IMG/VR virus record: IMGVR_UViG_3300037156_000120
Location: 1 to 58,547 of that record
Direction: 5' to 3' (one strand)
Source: a virus
Lineage: Duplodnaviria; Caudoviricetes
DNA: 58,547 nt
Shown: piece by piece, positions 1 to 9,667 of the stretch
Numbering within the stretch: position 1 is the stretch's first letter
Layout of the letters: each line of letters starts with the position of its first letter
The notes under the pieces: model-generated
Told to the model about the DNA's origin: nothing
What the model saw: the letters and a program-made list of their open reading frames with translations, nothing else
Databases searched by the model: none
Position numbers and translations under genes: made by a program

Positions 1-18
1 CAGCGGCATGGGAAGCCG
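1..18. repeat. Terminal direct repeat / assembly overlap (left copy)
   Basis: CAGCGGCATGGGAAGCCG at 1-18 is identical to 58530-58547. Confidence 0.95.
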
Positions 19-281
19 CGCGCGATGCTGTTGTGAATACTGCTACGAAGGGTATCACCGACCCGGAACAGAAAGCTTCGACAGCCAGCGATGCAGTCAC
101 GACATTCGTGGATCAGAACCCAATGCCGACAGACCCTCTTATAGCTGCGTGGAAAAACGGTCTAAACACAGCAATTCAAACCGCCGCAAAAACTGCCAAC
201 ACGCCAGCTGGCGCCGAGGTGGCGAAACGGCAGGCGGTTGATAGGTATATTGCGGGCCATCCGTATCCCGACACTAAATAG
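1..281 (+). CDS. C-terminal part of a putative ejection/internal virion protein that starts at 57542 and crosses the circular join
   Basis: Codons from position 3 (AAWEAARDAVVNTATK...) are in frame with the open ORF from 57542 once the 18-bp overlap is collapsed. Confidence 0.85.
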   Translation, partial: AAWEAARDAVVNTATKGITDPEQKASTASDAVTTFVDQNPMPTDPLIAAWKNGLNTAIQTAAKTANTPAGAEVAKRQAVDRYIAGHPYPDTK

Positions 282-290
282 GAGTCTGAC

Positions 291-3200
291 TTGTCGCAGG
301 CCGGTCTCATCAACGCGACGCAAGATCAGGGTCTTTCCATTGCTGAGGCCCGGAACTTTCGCGCCCCGCAATACGGGACGGCAACCGTTCCGTCCGGCGG
401 TGAAGGTATGTCTTTAGAAGAAGCGAGAAACTTTCGCCCCGCCACGCCGTTATCTCCGCCTACGTCGCCAGCTGATGCTGATGACGGATTTTTCAAGACG
501 ACCGGCAAGGCGTTAATTCGCGGCGCGGTTGAAGGCGCGACGGATATCGGCGAAGCGCCGACAGCCTTTGAAGATCGCCCAACAGACGAGCAAGACAATT
601 CGCATCTCGGAAAGATACTTGCCACACCTGTCAGCGAAGGCTGGAGTAGCCCTACTTGGTGGGCAGCGCACATAGCACACGATGTGGCTAGCGCAGCTCC
701 GTCTCTTGCGCTCGGCCTCGCTGGTGGGGCTGCCGGTGCTGCTACGGCTGGCGCTCTGACAGCCGAAACTGGCCCCGGCGCGATTGCTGCGGCTGCTGCA
801 GGTGGTCTTGCGGGTAGCGCCGCAGGCTTCGGTCTAGGCTCTGGTCTTTCGGAACTAAAACCTGCCTATCTGAAAGCGCGGGCCGATGGACTCGATCACG
901 ACGAGGCCGTGAGCCGTGCCATGGTAGAAAGCGGCATCGCTGGGGCGTTCGGATCGGTGATGGGCCTCGCGCCAGGCATGTCGTTTTTCGGTAAAACGGT
1001 GGAAAGCGCACTCAAGAAACCCATATCCGAGGCGTTGGCGCAGACATTCGGCGTCATGCCTGCCGTCGGAGCCGCGCAACAAGTCACGCAAGGAGCTGTC
1101 GAGGGTAAACTCCCGACGGCGGGCGAACTTGCAACAGGCTACGCGGAGAATGTTGGTGTTGGTGCTGCTCTTGTCGGCATTCATTCCGCTTTAGGGGTTG
1201 TTAGAAAAACGCCTGCTGACAAGATTGCTGACGATGTCACCGATCCGAATATCGACCTTAACACCGCGATCGACACAGCCGCGCAGGCCGCCAAGGGCGA
1301 GACGCCTGCCGCAGAGAGCATCGTCGCTGGCAAAGATGCGCTCGACGCCGCTGCCGCCCAGAGCAAGATCAGCACCCTGTTCAAAGGGATGAACACAGGC
1401 ACTGCAGAGCAAACCGACAACGGGACTGTTAACTACACGCCTAAGGGCTCCGACATCGCCATGCCAATGGAAGTGCGCGATCCGAGTCAAGAGCCGGAAG
1501 ACGGCAACGGCGTGTCTTCGTCGTTAGCGCAGAAAGTAACAGATCATTATCAAGACGAACATGGTGTCAATGTTGTGTGGGTGAAAGATCCCGGCAAGAA
1601 TGTACCATTCGACGGCGCTGTAGACCCGAATCAGCCGAACACGATATTCCTGTCAGATAACCCTGACCGCGCGATAACCGGCGTCGTCACTCATGAATTC
1701 GGTCACCTGATGGAAAACATCAGGGCGCCCGACACCAAGCTGCCCGACACGATAGGCCCTGACGGCGAAACGATCCCCGGCGCAATTAAACCCGGCGAAC
1801 GCTTCGGTGACCTCCTGAACGAGACCGTGTTGAAAAACATGAACTCCACTGCGTGGGATCAGGCTATCGAAATATTCTCGCCGTCCGCTCCGAAACGTGG
1901 CGCCGTCGACGACAACGGCGCGCCGGTCTACGCGCCCGGCGGCGAAGGCGACGCAGACCACGCGCAGGACATGGCCGTCCACTTCGTCAATGAATTCGCG
2001 AAAGACACGATAGGAGACGTCCAGAAAAACCCCGCTCTCGAACAACTAGTCCTTGGCAAAGTGGCCGACCTTGCGGAAGAGCGTTATGGGCCTGAAGTCG
2101 CCCAGACCATGATGACGAAATTCATGGACGGCATCAAAGCCGCTATGCAGACCGTGCGCGATCTATTTTCTGCGGACAAGAATACCGCATCGCTTTCCGA
2201 AAGCCGTTTTAATAATCTCGCCGAGGTCCACGACGTTGTCGCCAGCATGTTAGCGCACAAGTATTTCGAGAGGTTCGGGGATGAGCCTGCGCCCGTAGAC
2301 GACGTAGCGAACCGAGATAGTTTCTTAAAAGCTGGGACGCCCTCGCCGGCAACCGTAACGGCAGACACAAACCATCCGCTCGGCCCTGCCTATATCGACG
2401 CGCGTACGAAAGCCGCGAGCTATGCCCGCTGGCTCGGCCAGCTCGACGCCAAGCGTCGCGAAGACGCAAAGACGAGCGAACCTGTTCGCGTGTTGCAGCA
2501 GGCGCGTGACGCAATCCTGAACAAGGTTGGTGGTGTCGAAGATCGTCTTACGAAAACGGGTGCTGCACGTCTTGCGGATATCCGCTCACAGCTCGACGCA
2601 CGCCTTAATCCGGTCGGCGACAATGCTGATATGGCGAACGTGCGCGCGGCGATGGTTCGCGAGCATCAGAGAATGGCTGACGCGGCTTCAGTGTCGAAAG
2701 GACCGCAGTTTTCGCCGAAGCAGCGTGACGAAGACAATAAGCCGTTCTTCTCCGCGCTTCAGCGCGGTGTCGAAGACTTGAAGATGGACAAGGCGCCCCC
2801 CGGCCAGTGGGAAGCTACAATCAAAAATCTGCCCGGTATCAAGAGCGAAGAGATCGCTTGGTCCGGTCTGAATGAATTTTTGCGCGGTCAGACGAGACCT
2901 GTCACCAAGACAGAAGTGCTGCAACATCTGCGCGATAATGACGTGCAGATCAATGAAGTCGTTAAAGGCAATACGATCTCGGCTGAAGACGAAGAGGAAC
3001 ACGCTGAAATAAAACAGCGTTATCGCTACGATCCAGACAGCGTGTCGCAAGCCGACTATGATCGCATGGTTGATCTGGAGAAGCGCGCCTACAACTCAGA
3101 AGGCCAGACAAAATTTAGTACATACGCGCTGCCTGGCGGCGAGAACTATCGAGAAATGCTGATGACATTGCCGCCGACGGTGAGAGAAATACCGGCGTGG

Positions 3201-6200
3201 AAGGCGGTTCGACACGACGGTCAAGTAGACAGCACGTACGACAACGAGCTCGCTGCGCGCGATCGCGCCTCTGCGATCGGCGGAACTGTAGAACGGGGAA
3301 AGACAATCCGAGCGGAAGGCGGCTTCAAGTCGAGCCACTTTGACGAGCCGAACATTCTTGCCCACGCGCGCTTCGACGACCGCACCACCGCTGATGGCAA
3401 GAAAGATTTGCATGTTGCGGAGATTCAGAGCGATTGGCATCAAAAAGGCCGTCGAGAAGGATACGCCAAAGATCAACCGCAATTTTGGGTTCGCAACACA
3501 CGCTCTGGTAACGCATCACCTTTCTTCAACACGTTAGAAGAAGCTGACGCATATCGAAACAAGCTTCCTGAAGCGGTGCGCGGACAAACTATTATAAGCA
3601 AGCGTCCCGGCAAAGTCGGAACTGTTCCTGATGCCCCGTTCAAGACAACGTGGCACGAGCTGGCGATGAAGCGCATGCTGCGTTACGCCGCTGAGAACGG
3701 CTACGATCGTCTCAGTTGGGATACTGGTGAGACGCAAGCCGATCGATACGATCTCAGCCATCAAGTGGACAGCATCGGCTATCGTAAAGACGGCGACAAC
3801 ACTTACGAAGTCTCTGCCATAAAAGACGGCGAGAGTGTCATGTCTGAGCACGGTCAAACGCCTGCGCAGTTGGAAAACATTGTTGGCAAGGATGCCGCCA
3901 AGAAAATCGTTGACGGGGAAGGCACACCGCGCGCTGGCGGCGGCAATGTGAAAGACCTTTCCGGCCTTGATCTCAAAGTCGGCGGCGAAGGCATGAAAGG
4001 GTTCTACGACAAGATCCTGCCGAACTTCGTCAACAAATATGTGAAGAAGTGGAACGGCAAAGTCGAGAGAACGACTTTCGAGGCGGACGCAAACCGCAAA
4101 GAGTTCGATCAAGTCCCCTACATTGAAAGCGGAGACACGCCTGTGCATTCGGTCGCTATCACGCCTGAGATGCGCAAGAGCGTCATGCGCGGCCAGCCGA
4201 AATTCAGTCCGCGCAAAATCGAAGAACCGACTGAAGGCAAGCCGGTTCCGAAAGACGTCGCTCTCGCCAGCGGCTTGAAGAACAGCAACAAGGCTGTACT
4301 TAACGATTCGGCGCTGTCTGAGGCTGAAAAACGTGGTAGGCTTATCTCTGATCGCCGCATCAACGCGGCCCTCGCAAAGGAAGCAAATGGACGCCCAGCT
4401 GATGCACAATCAGGCCTTTCAGGCCCCGACGCCGGAAAAGGTAGCGGACGCCTCGACACTGGAGGCTTCACTGACAGCGAAAAACGGGCCTTCGCAAGAG
4501 CCAGCGCCGCCCAAGACGTTCGATCCGCTCGCCTCGGCGGTGAGCCGTCATCCTTCTCTTTCGAGCGAAAGAGCAGCGGAGATGGCGGAAAATCTCGGGT
4601 TCTAAAAAGCCTCGGCGTCACCTATGACGCCGAATGGAAAGCTGGCGCCGGTCTGCGCCGCGTCTACGAGAAAAACGGCAGCAAAGTCCCGCTCAGAATT
4701 CTCGAGCTCACGCCCGGTGATGACAAAAACGCCGCGCGTTTCGAGCAGGCGATCACGGCCAGCAAAAACTCCAGCAAGGATGGCGCCGCCGTCGCGGTCT
4801 ATCCTGTCGAGGACTATAAAAATTTCAAGCTGCTGATGTCCGACGACGGCAAGTCCGGCGCCGCGGTCAAGCCGGACGGCGACATCATCTCGGTGTTTTC
4901 AAACAATGGCACCGGTCACGCGATGTTCGAGGCTGCGATCGCAGCTGGTGGCCGCAAGCTCGACGCCTTCGACACCATCCTGCCCGATTTCTATCACAGC
5001 CACGGCTTCATCGAAGCCGCGCGCACGGCTTGGAATGACGAGTTCGCTCCCGAAGGCTGGGACAAGGCGCATTTCGCCGAATTCAACAACGGCAAGCCGG
5101 ATGTCGTCCTGATGGTTCTCGATCGCGGCAACGTCTCGCCCGTACTCGAGAAATCAAAAGTCTTCAGCGACTGGGACGGCGCTGCTCGCGTGCAGGAAAA
5201 GCTGCTCAAGAAAATGGACCGCGAGCAGCCCGCCGCGACGATCAATCTCCGTCTCGATCGCCTGGACGGCAAGAAGCCGTTCACTGTCGCCCAGGCGAAA
5301 GCCGAGTTGGCAAAATTCGGTGTCGACGCTGTCGCGACCCGTACGCGCAAGATTAACGGCAAGGAAGGCGAGCCCGGTGTCGTGATGAACCTGTCGCGCG
5401 CGCTGACGCCCGAGGAAGCCACGCGCTTCAGCGAGGCGATGAAGCAGGAAGCTATCCCGCAGTTTGCCAATGGCCGCGGCGAGCTGCACGGGCCCAACGC
5501 CGAGAAATGGGGAGATTTCAACCCTGAGAAATTTCATCCGATGCAGGAAGGTCAGGCGCTGCATTCTCCGCGAGTTTCATCCGAAACTCGCGACGCCCTT
5601 ATCAGAAAATATCCCGATCTCGCCCAGATGTTTAGGCGCCCCGCTAAGATATCCGAAGAGCCCGTCACGCCAGAAAAAGTCGAAACGCCTGCTTTCGAAA
5701 AGGAGCATGTCGGCTCGCTGGAAGAAGAGCTGGCCAAGGCAGGCCTTTCCGGGGCCGATAAAACTGCGCCAGCGGCTGAAACGCCCAAGCAGCGCGCCAT
5801 CACGATGCAAAACCCCGAGGGTAATGGCAAACCGATTCAGCGCGCCTTGAACGACGAGGAAACCCGCGCCCTCGAAAATGCGCCGCAGATAGAAGCTGCA
5901 TCGAAGCTGGTCGACATGAACAAGGATCGCGCCATCCGGATCGCTATGCGGAAGGAGCAGCCGCCGAAGGATCTGCTGCCGACCTTCGTATATTTCGAGC
6001 TGGAGCGCCGTGCGCTGGCTGAAGGTGATGACGAGCTTCAGGCCAAGCTCAGAACATCACCACTGGCGAAGGAAGTTACGACAGCCGGTCGTCTTGGACA
6101 ATCCTTCGTGACGCGAGATCCCGTCGCCGCCGCCGTAGACGCGCACATCCAAGTTGTGGAAAATGCTCGCACAGCGGCGCTCAAGGCCAAAGGCGGCGAC

Positions 6201-6332
6201 GTAGTGAAAGTGCAGGCCAAAGCCGAAAAGGAAGTGGCCGAGCAGATGGTAGCAGCGAAGAGACAGGCGCGGGCGCTTTCGCCGCGCGAGAAATGGGCGC
6301 AAACTATCGCCAAAATAACGTGTGCGACATAA
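291..6332 (+). CDS. Giant (2013 aa) internal virion / polyvalent protein
   Basis: Gly/Ala-rich hydrophobic N-terminus, HEFGH zincin-like motif, a domain with LPGGENYRE...EIQSDW...APFK motifs, a GNAT-like segment (GGRKLDAFD...FYHSHGF); lies after the other ejection genes. Confidence 0.8.
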   Translation: MSQAGLINATQDQGLSIAEARNFRAPQYGTATVPSGGEGMSLEEARNFRPATPLSPPTSPADADDGFFKTTGKALIRGAVEGATDIGEAPTAFEDRPTDEQDNSHLGKILATPVSEGWSSPTWWAAHIAHDVASAAPSLALGLAGGAAGAATAGALTAETGPGAIAAAAAGGLAGSAAGFGLGSGLSELKPAYLKARADGLDHDEAVSRAMVESGIAGAFGSVMGLAPGMSFFGKTVESALKKPISEALAQTFGVMPAVGAAQQVTQGAVEGKLPTAGELATGYAENVGVGAALVGIHSALGVVRKTPADKIADDVTDPNIDLNTAIDTAAQAAKGETPAAESIVAGKDALDAAAAQSKISTLFKGMNTGTAEQTDNGTVNYTPKGSDIAMPMEVRDPSQEPEDGNGVSSSLAQKVTDHYQDEHGVNVVWVKDPGKNVPFDGAVDPNQPNTIFLSDNPDRAITGVVTHEFGHLMENIRAPDTKLPDTIGPDGETIPGAIKPGERFGDLLNETVLKNMNSTAWDQAIEIFSPSAPKRGAVDDNGAPVYAPGGEGDADHAQDMAVHFVNEFAKDTIGDVQKNPALEQLVLGKVADLAEERYGPEVAQTMMTKFMDGIKAAMQTVRDLFSADKNTASLSESRFNNLAEVHDVVASMLAHKYFERFGDEPAPVDDVANRDSFLKAGTPSPATVTADTNHPLGPAYIDARTKAASYARWLGQLDAKRREDAKTSEPVRVLQQARDAILNKVGGVEDRLTKTGAARLADIRSQLDARLNPVGDNADMANVRAAMVREHQRMADAASVSKGPQFSPKQRDEDNKPFFSALQRGVEDLKMDKAPPGQWEATIKNLPGIKSEEIAWSGLNEFLRGQTRPVTKTEVLQHLRDNDVQINEVVKGNTISAEDEEEHAEIKQRYRYDPDSVSQADYDRMVDLEKRAYNSEGQTKFSTYALPGGENYREMLMTLPPTVREIPAWKAVRHDGQVDSTYDNELAARDRASAIGGTVERGKTIRAEGGFKSSHFDEPNILAHARFDDRTTADGKKDLHVAEIQSDWHQKGRREGYAKDQPQFWVRNTRSGNASPFFNTLEEADAYRNKLPEAVRGQTIISKRPGKVGTVPDAPFKTTWHELAMKRMLRYAAENGYDRLSWDTGETQADRYDLSHQVDSIGYRKDGDNTYEVSAIKDGESVMSEHGQTPAQLENIVGKDAAKKIVDGEGTPRAGGGNVKDLSGLDLKVGGEGMKGFYDKILPNFVNKYVKKWNGKVERTTFEADANRKEFDQVPYIESGDTPVHSVAITPEMRKSVMRGQPKFSPRKIEEPTEGKPVPKDVALASGLKNSNKAVLNDSALSEAEKRGRLISDRRINAALAKEANGRPADAQSGLSGPDAGKGSGRLDTGGFTDSEKRAFARASAAQDVRSARLGGEPSSFSFERKSSGDGGKSRVLKSLGVTYDAEWKAGAGLRRVYEKNGSKVPLRILELTPGDDKNAARFEQAITASKNSSKDGAAVAVYPVEDYKNFKLLMSDDGKSGAAVKPDGDIISVFSNNGTGHAMFEAAIAAGGRKLDAFDTILPDFYHSHGFIEAARTAWNDEFAPEGWDKAHFAEFNNGKPDVVLMVLDRGNVSPVLEKSKVFSDWDGAARVQEKLLKKMDREQPAATINLRLDRLDGKKPFTVAQAKAELAKFGVDAVATRTRKINGKEGEPGVVMNLSRALTPEEATRFSEAMKQEAIPQFANGRGELHGPNAEKWGDFNPEKFHPMQEGQALHSPRVSSETRDALIRKYPDLAQMFRRPAKISEEPVTPEKVETPAFEKEHVGSLEEELAKAGLSGADKTAPAAETPKQRAITMQNPEGNGKPIQRALNDEETRALENAPQIEAASKLVDMNKDRAIRIAMRKEQPPKDLLPTFVYFELERRALAEGDDELQAKLRTSPLAKEVTTAGRLGQSFVTRDPVAAAVDAHIQVVENARTAALKAKGGDVVKVQAKAEKEVAEQMVAAKRQARALSPREKWAQTIAKITCAT

Positions 6333-6333
6333 G

Positions 6334-8217
6334 ATGGCATTTTGCGTCCCACCAAACCAAGCTGAGAAACTGATCGCCGCCCTCGAGAAGGCCGGGACGA
6401 CGCCGCCCGACCTGATGGATATGCCGAGCAGCGATGCTCGCCGTGCATTCTTCGAGAAGTTCGTCAGTAAGGAAGATGCTGCGCAGATCAATCTTGCATT
6501 AGAGAAGACCAGCCTTCTGAAAGACCAAAATGCTGGCTACATGCGCTGGTACAACAACATCAAGGAAACTGTCCCGAAAACTGTTCAGCGTGATCTTCTG
6601 CACAAAATTGAAAAGCTTGACCGCGTGTTGAGTCCTGCCGAAGAAAAAGATTTCTATGCCGATCTTGCTGCCAGCAAAGTTGGCACGGCTGTCACCTTCG
6701 AAGAAGGACAGAAGATAACAAAACTCGCGCAAAAAGCGGCGCTGGAGCGCGACAAGGCGACTACGGCTTCGGCTGGCGTGAGTACGGAATTTCTGATGGC
6801 CGCGTCCGATCTCGAGCATTACGTGAAATCCCTGAAGCCGACGACGGTTTATGGATCAATCGGCAGAATGGCCGCCATTATTGCCAGAAACCATCTGCTG
6901 ATGAACCTGTCGACGCCAATCAAGACCACTGCAGGGCAACTAACAAACTCCGTGATGGACCTTTTCACCCGCAGAATGTCGAACCGTGTTCTCAGCGGGG
7001 CGGATCCAGCAACAGCGACCGCGTTGAAGAAAGAAGCCTGGGAAGTATTCCGGGGGTCCAAAAACCAGTTCAATACTGCCTCCATGGAAAGCTATAGAGA
7101 TACCGGCAAGCTCGGCGAGAAAGCGCGCTTTGACGTCTCAGAAGGAATGTTGTCCAGCAATCCGGCTTTGCGCACAGCCGAGGCAGTTGTGCGAGGGTAT
7201 GCGCGACTTACCAACAAGATCGCCATTGACTACGAGCATAATTTTACCTTCACAAAATTCTATCAGAACGCGTTCTTCGACGGCGCGCACATAGGCGCGA
7301 CCAATATCGCCAAGTCGGAAGGATTGGCTGGTGCGGCGTTGAAATCGCGAACTGGCGCCATCATGCGCGATGCCGCGAAGATCGAGCCGGAAACGGACGT
7401 CGGGAAGCTTGTCCGCGTCGAGGCGCAGAAGCAGGCCGCGCGCGTCACGTCGACGAACGAAACCATCATGGCAAAGATGGCGCTAGGCGTGAAGGACGCG
7501 ATGAACAAGTGGGTTCCCGGTCTTGGCGATGCCATGATGCCGATAGCGAAGATACCAGCGAACATCATTTACAACGGTATCGAGAATGCCGGTATCGGTC
7601 TTCCGCACGGCGCGTGGGATATCTTCCAGGGCCGCAAGAAGATACAGTCGGATGATCTGCAGACACGTTACGAAGGTATGGCGCAGTTCGCAAACGGAAT
7701 ACAGCGCGTTGGCCGCACGGTTGGCGTTCTCGCTGCTGCCGCCTTCTTCTCCAGTTTATTCGTGAAAAGAGATTTCCGGACGGATGGATACGGCAATCAT
7801 TTCTTCCGCATTGGCGACATCTGGATCAACACGGAATATCTGAATTTCATCTCACCCGCGTTCGCTGGCGCGATGGAGGTCAAGCAGTATGGCCGCGCCA
7901 ATGACGGCCCCGAGAAGGCGATCGAGAATTATGGCCGCGGCGCGCTTCAAGGCTTGAAGAGCGCGCCCGGTGTCGACGAGATCAGCAATCTGGTCAACAG
8001 AGTTACCAGCGGCGACCCTTTCAAAGGCATCACGAAATACGCCGCTTCTCGCGGCGTTCCAGCCTTTGCGCATAATCTAGCCAATACCAGACCAATGGAC
8101 CGGCTGTTCTTCGGTGCGACTGGCGTCGAGACGCAACACGATGTCGAGCGCGATAGAATCGAGAAAGCACAGCGCGCCGCGCAAAGCAGACGCGAGAATG
8201 AAAGATATAGGCAATAG
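6334..8217 (+). CDS. Internal virion protein (resembles the C-terminal part of large ejection proteins)
   Basis: 627-aa helical ORF starting MAFC, 1 nt after the giant gene's stop; hydrophobic segments near the C-terminus. Confidence 0.65.
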   Translation: MAFCVPPNQAEKLIAALEKAGTTPPDLMDMPSSDARRAFFEKFVSKEDAAQINLALEKTSLLKDQNAGYMRWYNNIKETVPKTVQRDLLHKIEKLDRVLSPAEEKDFYADLAASKVGTAVTFEEGQKITKLAQKAALERDKATTASAGVSTEFLMAASDLEHYVKSLKPTTVYGSIGRMAAIIARNHLLMNLSTPIKTTAGQLTNSVMDLFTRRMSNRVLSGADPATATALKKEAWEVFRGSKNQFNTASMESYRDTGKLGEKARFDVSEGMLSSNPALRTAEAVVRGYARLTNKIAIDYEHNFTFTKFYQNAFFDGAHIGATNIAKSEGLAGAALKSRTGAIMRDAAKIEPETDVGKLVRVEAQKQAARVTSTNETIMAKMALGVKDAMNKWVPGLGDAMMPIAKIPANIIYNGIENAGIGLPHGAWDIFQGRKKIQSDDLQTRYEGMAQFANGIQRVGRTVGVLAAAAFFSSLFVKRDFRTDGYGNHFFRIGDIWINTEYLNFISPAFAGAMEVKQYGRANDGPEKAIENYGRGALQGLKSAPGVDEISNLVNRVTSGDPFKGITKYAASRGVPAFAHNLANTRPMDRLFFGATGVETQHDVERDRIEKAQRAAQSRRENERYRQ

Positions 8218-8527
8218 TGATGACGCTTACCGAGATGGAAACCAGGGCATGAAGCTCGCCAATTGGAACTGGTCGAACATAGACGAGATTGTCGCCAGCT
8301 TCGCGCGACCGTGGCAGCAATATGCCTGCTCCGGTGCCGTAGCGTTCAGCGCGCTCTGGTCTACGATAACAGGCAATGTTGCAATTGCGGCCATTGCGAT
8401 ACCGGCGGCTGCCGCGCTCGCGGGCGGCTCGGCGTACCTTCGCTCTGTAGACAAGAAAACAGCGGCGGCGACCGAAGTTGCCAATTCAAAGCCGTCAGAT
8501 AACACCGTGACAGCGGAGATCAAGTGA
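8198..8527 (+). CDS. Putative holin
   Basis: Small protein with two hydrophobic segments and a charged tail, first gene of the lysis cluster; start could be 8198 or the later MKLANW Met. Confidence 0.5.
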   Translation: MKDIGNSDDAYRDGNQGMKLANWNWSNIDEIVASFARPWQQYACSGAVAFSALWSTITGNVAIAAIAIPAAAALAGGSAYLRSVDKKTAAATEVANSKPSDNTVTAEIK

Positions 8528-9087
8528 TGCTACCAAATCCCTATGTGATCCTAGCCGTCGTAGCCTTCTTCATCATTTCGATGGGGACAGAAGGCATCCT
8601 CGCATATAACCGGGGCAAAGACGACATGAAGGCGGCTTACACGTCGCAGCAACTTGACATAGCCAACAAGAATTTGAAACTGGCGCAGACGCAAACCGCA
8701 GTAGCCGCCGCAGCAGGAGTGCAGCACGATGATCATGTCACCAAAGTCAATGTCGATACTTCAGCCATCGCGAGACAGATGCAAGGCTTCCTTGCCAACC
8801 TCCCGCATGATCAAAATTCTGATCCTTTCGTGCCTGTGTGGTTTGTCCGCATGCACGACCGTGCAGCAGGCCGACAAGTCACCGCAGACCCCTATCCCGG
8901 CCAATCTGACAGCGCCCCCTCTGACGTTAGATTGTCTGAGGCTGTCGCCATGCTCAATACCAACTACGGGAAATGTGAAGTCAACCGAAAAACCATCGAC
9001 GATATCATAGCCCTTAAACCTGTCTTGCCAGATCCGGTAGCGCCGCCGTCGCAATCGTTCTTGAACAGGATAAACCCCTTCCAATGA
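8524..9087 (+). CDS. Rz: Rz-like inner-membrane spanin
   Basis: N-terminal TM helix followed by an Ala/Gln-rich helical periplasmic region; contains an embedded lipoprotein ORF. Confidence 0.7.
   Translation: MMLPNPYVILAVVAFFIISMGTEGILAYNRGKDDMKAAYTSQQLDIANKNLKLAQTQTAVAAAAGVQHDDHVTKVNVDTSAIARQMQGFLANLPHDQNSDPFVPVWFVRMHDRAAGRQVTADPYPGQSDSAPSDVRLSEAVAMLNTNYGKCEVNRKTIDDIIALKPVLPDPVAPPSQSFLNRINPFQ
8807..9010 (+). CDS. Rz1: Rz1-like outer-membrane spanin lipoprotein embedded in Rz
   Basis: MIKILILSCLCGLSAC signal peptide with lipobox LSAC and a Pro-rich mature part, in the +1 frame inside Rz. Confidence 0.65.
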   Translation: MIKILILSCLCGLSACTTVQQADKSPQTPIPANLTAPPLTLDCLRLSPCSIPTTGNVKSTEKPSTIS

Positions 9088-9536
9088 GCATTAGCGATCT
9101 TGCCATCGTTGCGAGCATGATCCTCTCGTCCATTTCTATCTTGAGCGTTGTTTATATTGGCGGCTGGCGTTTGGGGCGTTTAGAATTGCAAGTGGCCACC
9201 ATGTGGGAATTCACCCTGCGCCGCGCGCACGTCGAGGTGGTAGATTCAGGATTCGGAACAAGAAACAGTCCGCTCCGCCTGAACGAAAGCGCCACGGTGC
9301 TGATGTCGAAGATGGAGACTGAGTTGCGGGCGCTCTATGCGGAAATGAAGAAGCCTGTTTTGGATCAGGACTTAGCCCTCGCAATAGAGAGGCAGTTCGG
9401 GGAGCGCATCATGGACGAAGTATGTATCCCGAATAAACTGCGCTTAGGGGCGTGCCTCATCATGGCTATTGGCGCAGCGAAGAATGATCCTGTCGTCACG
9501 GCGGTATACACTAAACATTCAAAGGACGCGCGCTAA
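9084..9536 (+). CDS. Membrane-anchored protein of the lysis cluster
   Basis: Single N-terminal TM helix; ATGA overlap with the Rz stop. Confidence 0.6.
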   Translation: MSISDLAIVASMILSSISILSVVYIGGWRLGRLELQVATMWEFTLRRAHVEVVDSGFGTRNSPLRLNESATVLMSKMETELRALYAEMKKPVLDQDLALAIERQFGERIMDEVCIPNKLRLGACLIMAIGAAKNDPVVTAVYTKHSKDAR

Positions 9537-9558
9537 AGGTCTTTCCCATCCACTGAAA

Positions 9559-9628
9559 CCGGCCTGCGCCTTTCTTCCCTCGGGCGCTTGTCGAGACTGG
9601 CCGCCAGCGAAAGCTGGCGGTCCTTTTT
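9559..9628 (+). ncRNA. Candidate MmgR/SuhB(alpha-r8)-like small RNA ending in an intrinsic terminator
   Basis: GCGCC/GGCGC stem presenting the loop TTTCTTCCCTCG, then GACTG and a GCCGCCAGC-GAAA-GCTGGCGGT hairpin with a T-run. Confidence 0.4.
9600..9628 (+). terminator. Rho-independent terminator
   Basis: GCCGCCAGC GAAA GCTGGCGGT followed by CCTTTTT. Confidence 0.75.
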
Positions 9629-9667
9629 ATCAAATTCTCCCGACGTACGCGACGAAAGGTTTCCACC

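Noticed and set aside
1-18. Biological terminal repeat or att site
   Set aside because: It falls in the middle of a coding sequence and is best explained as an assembly overlap
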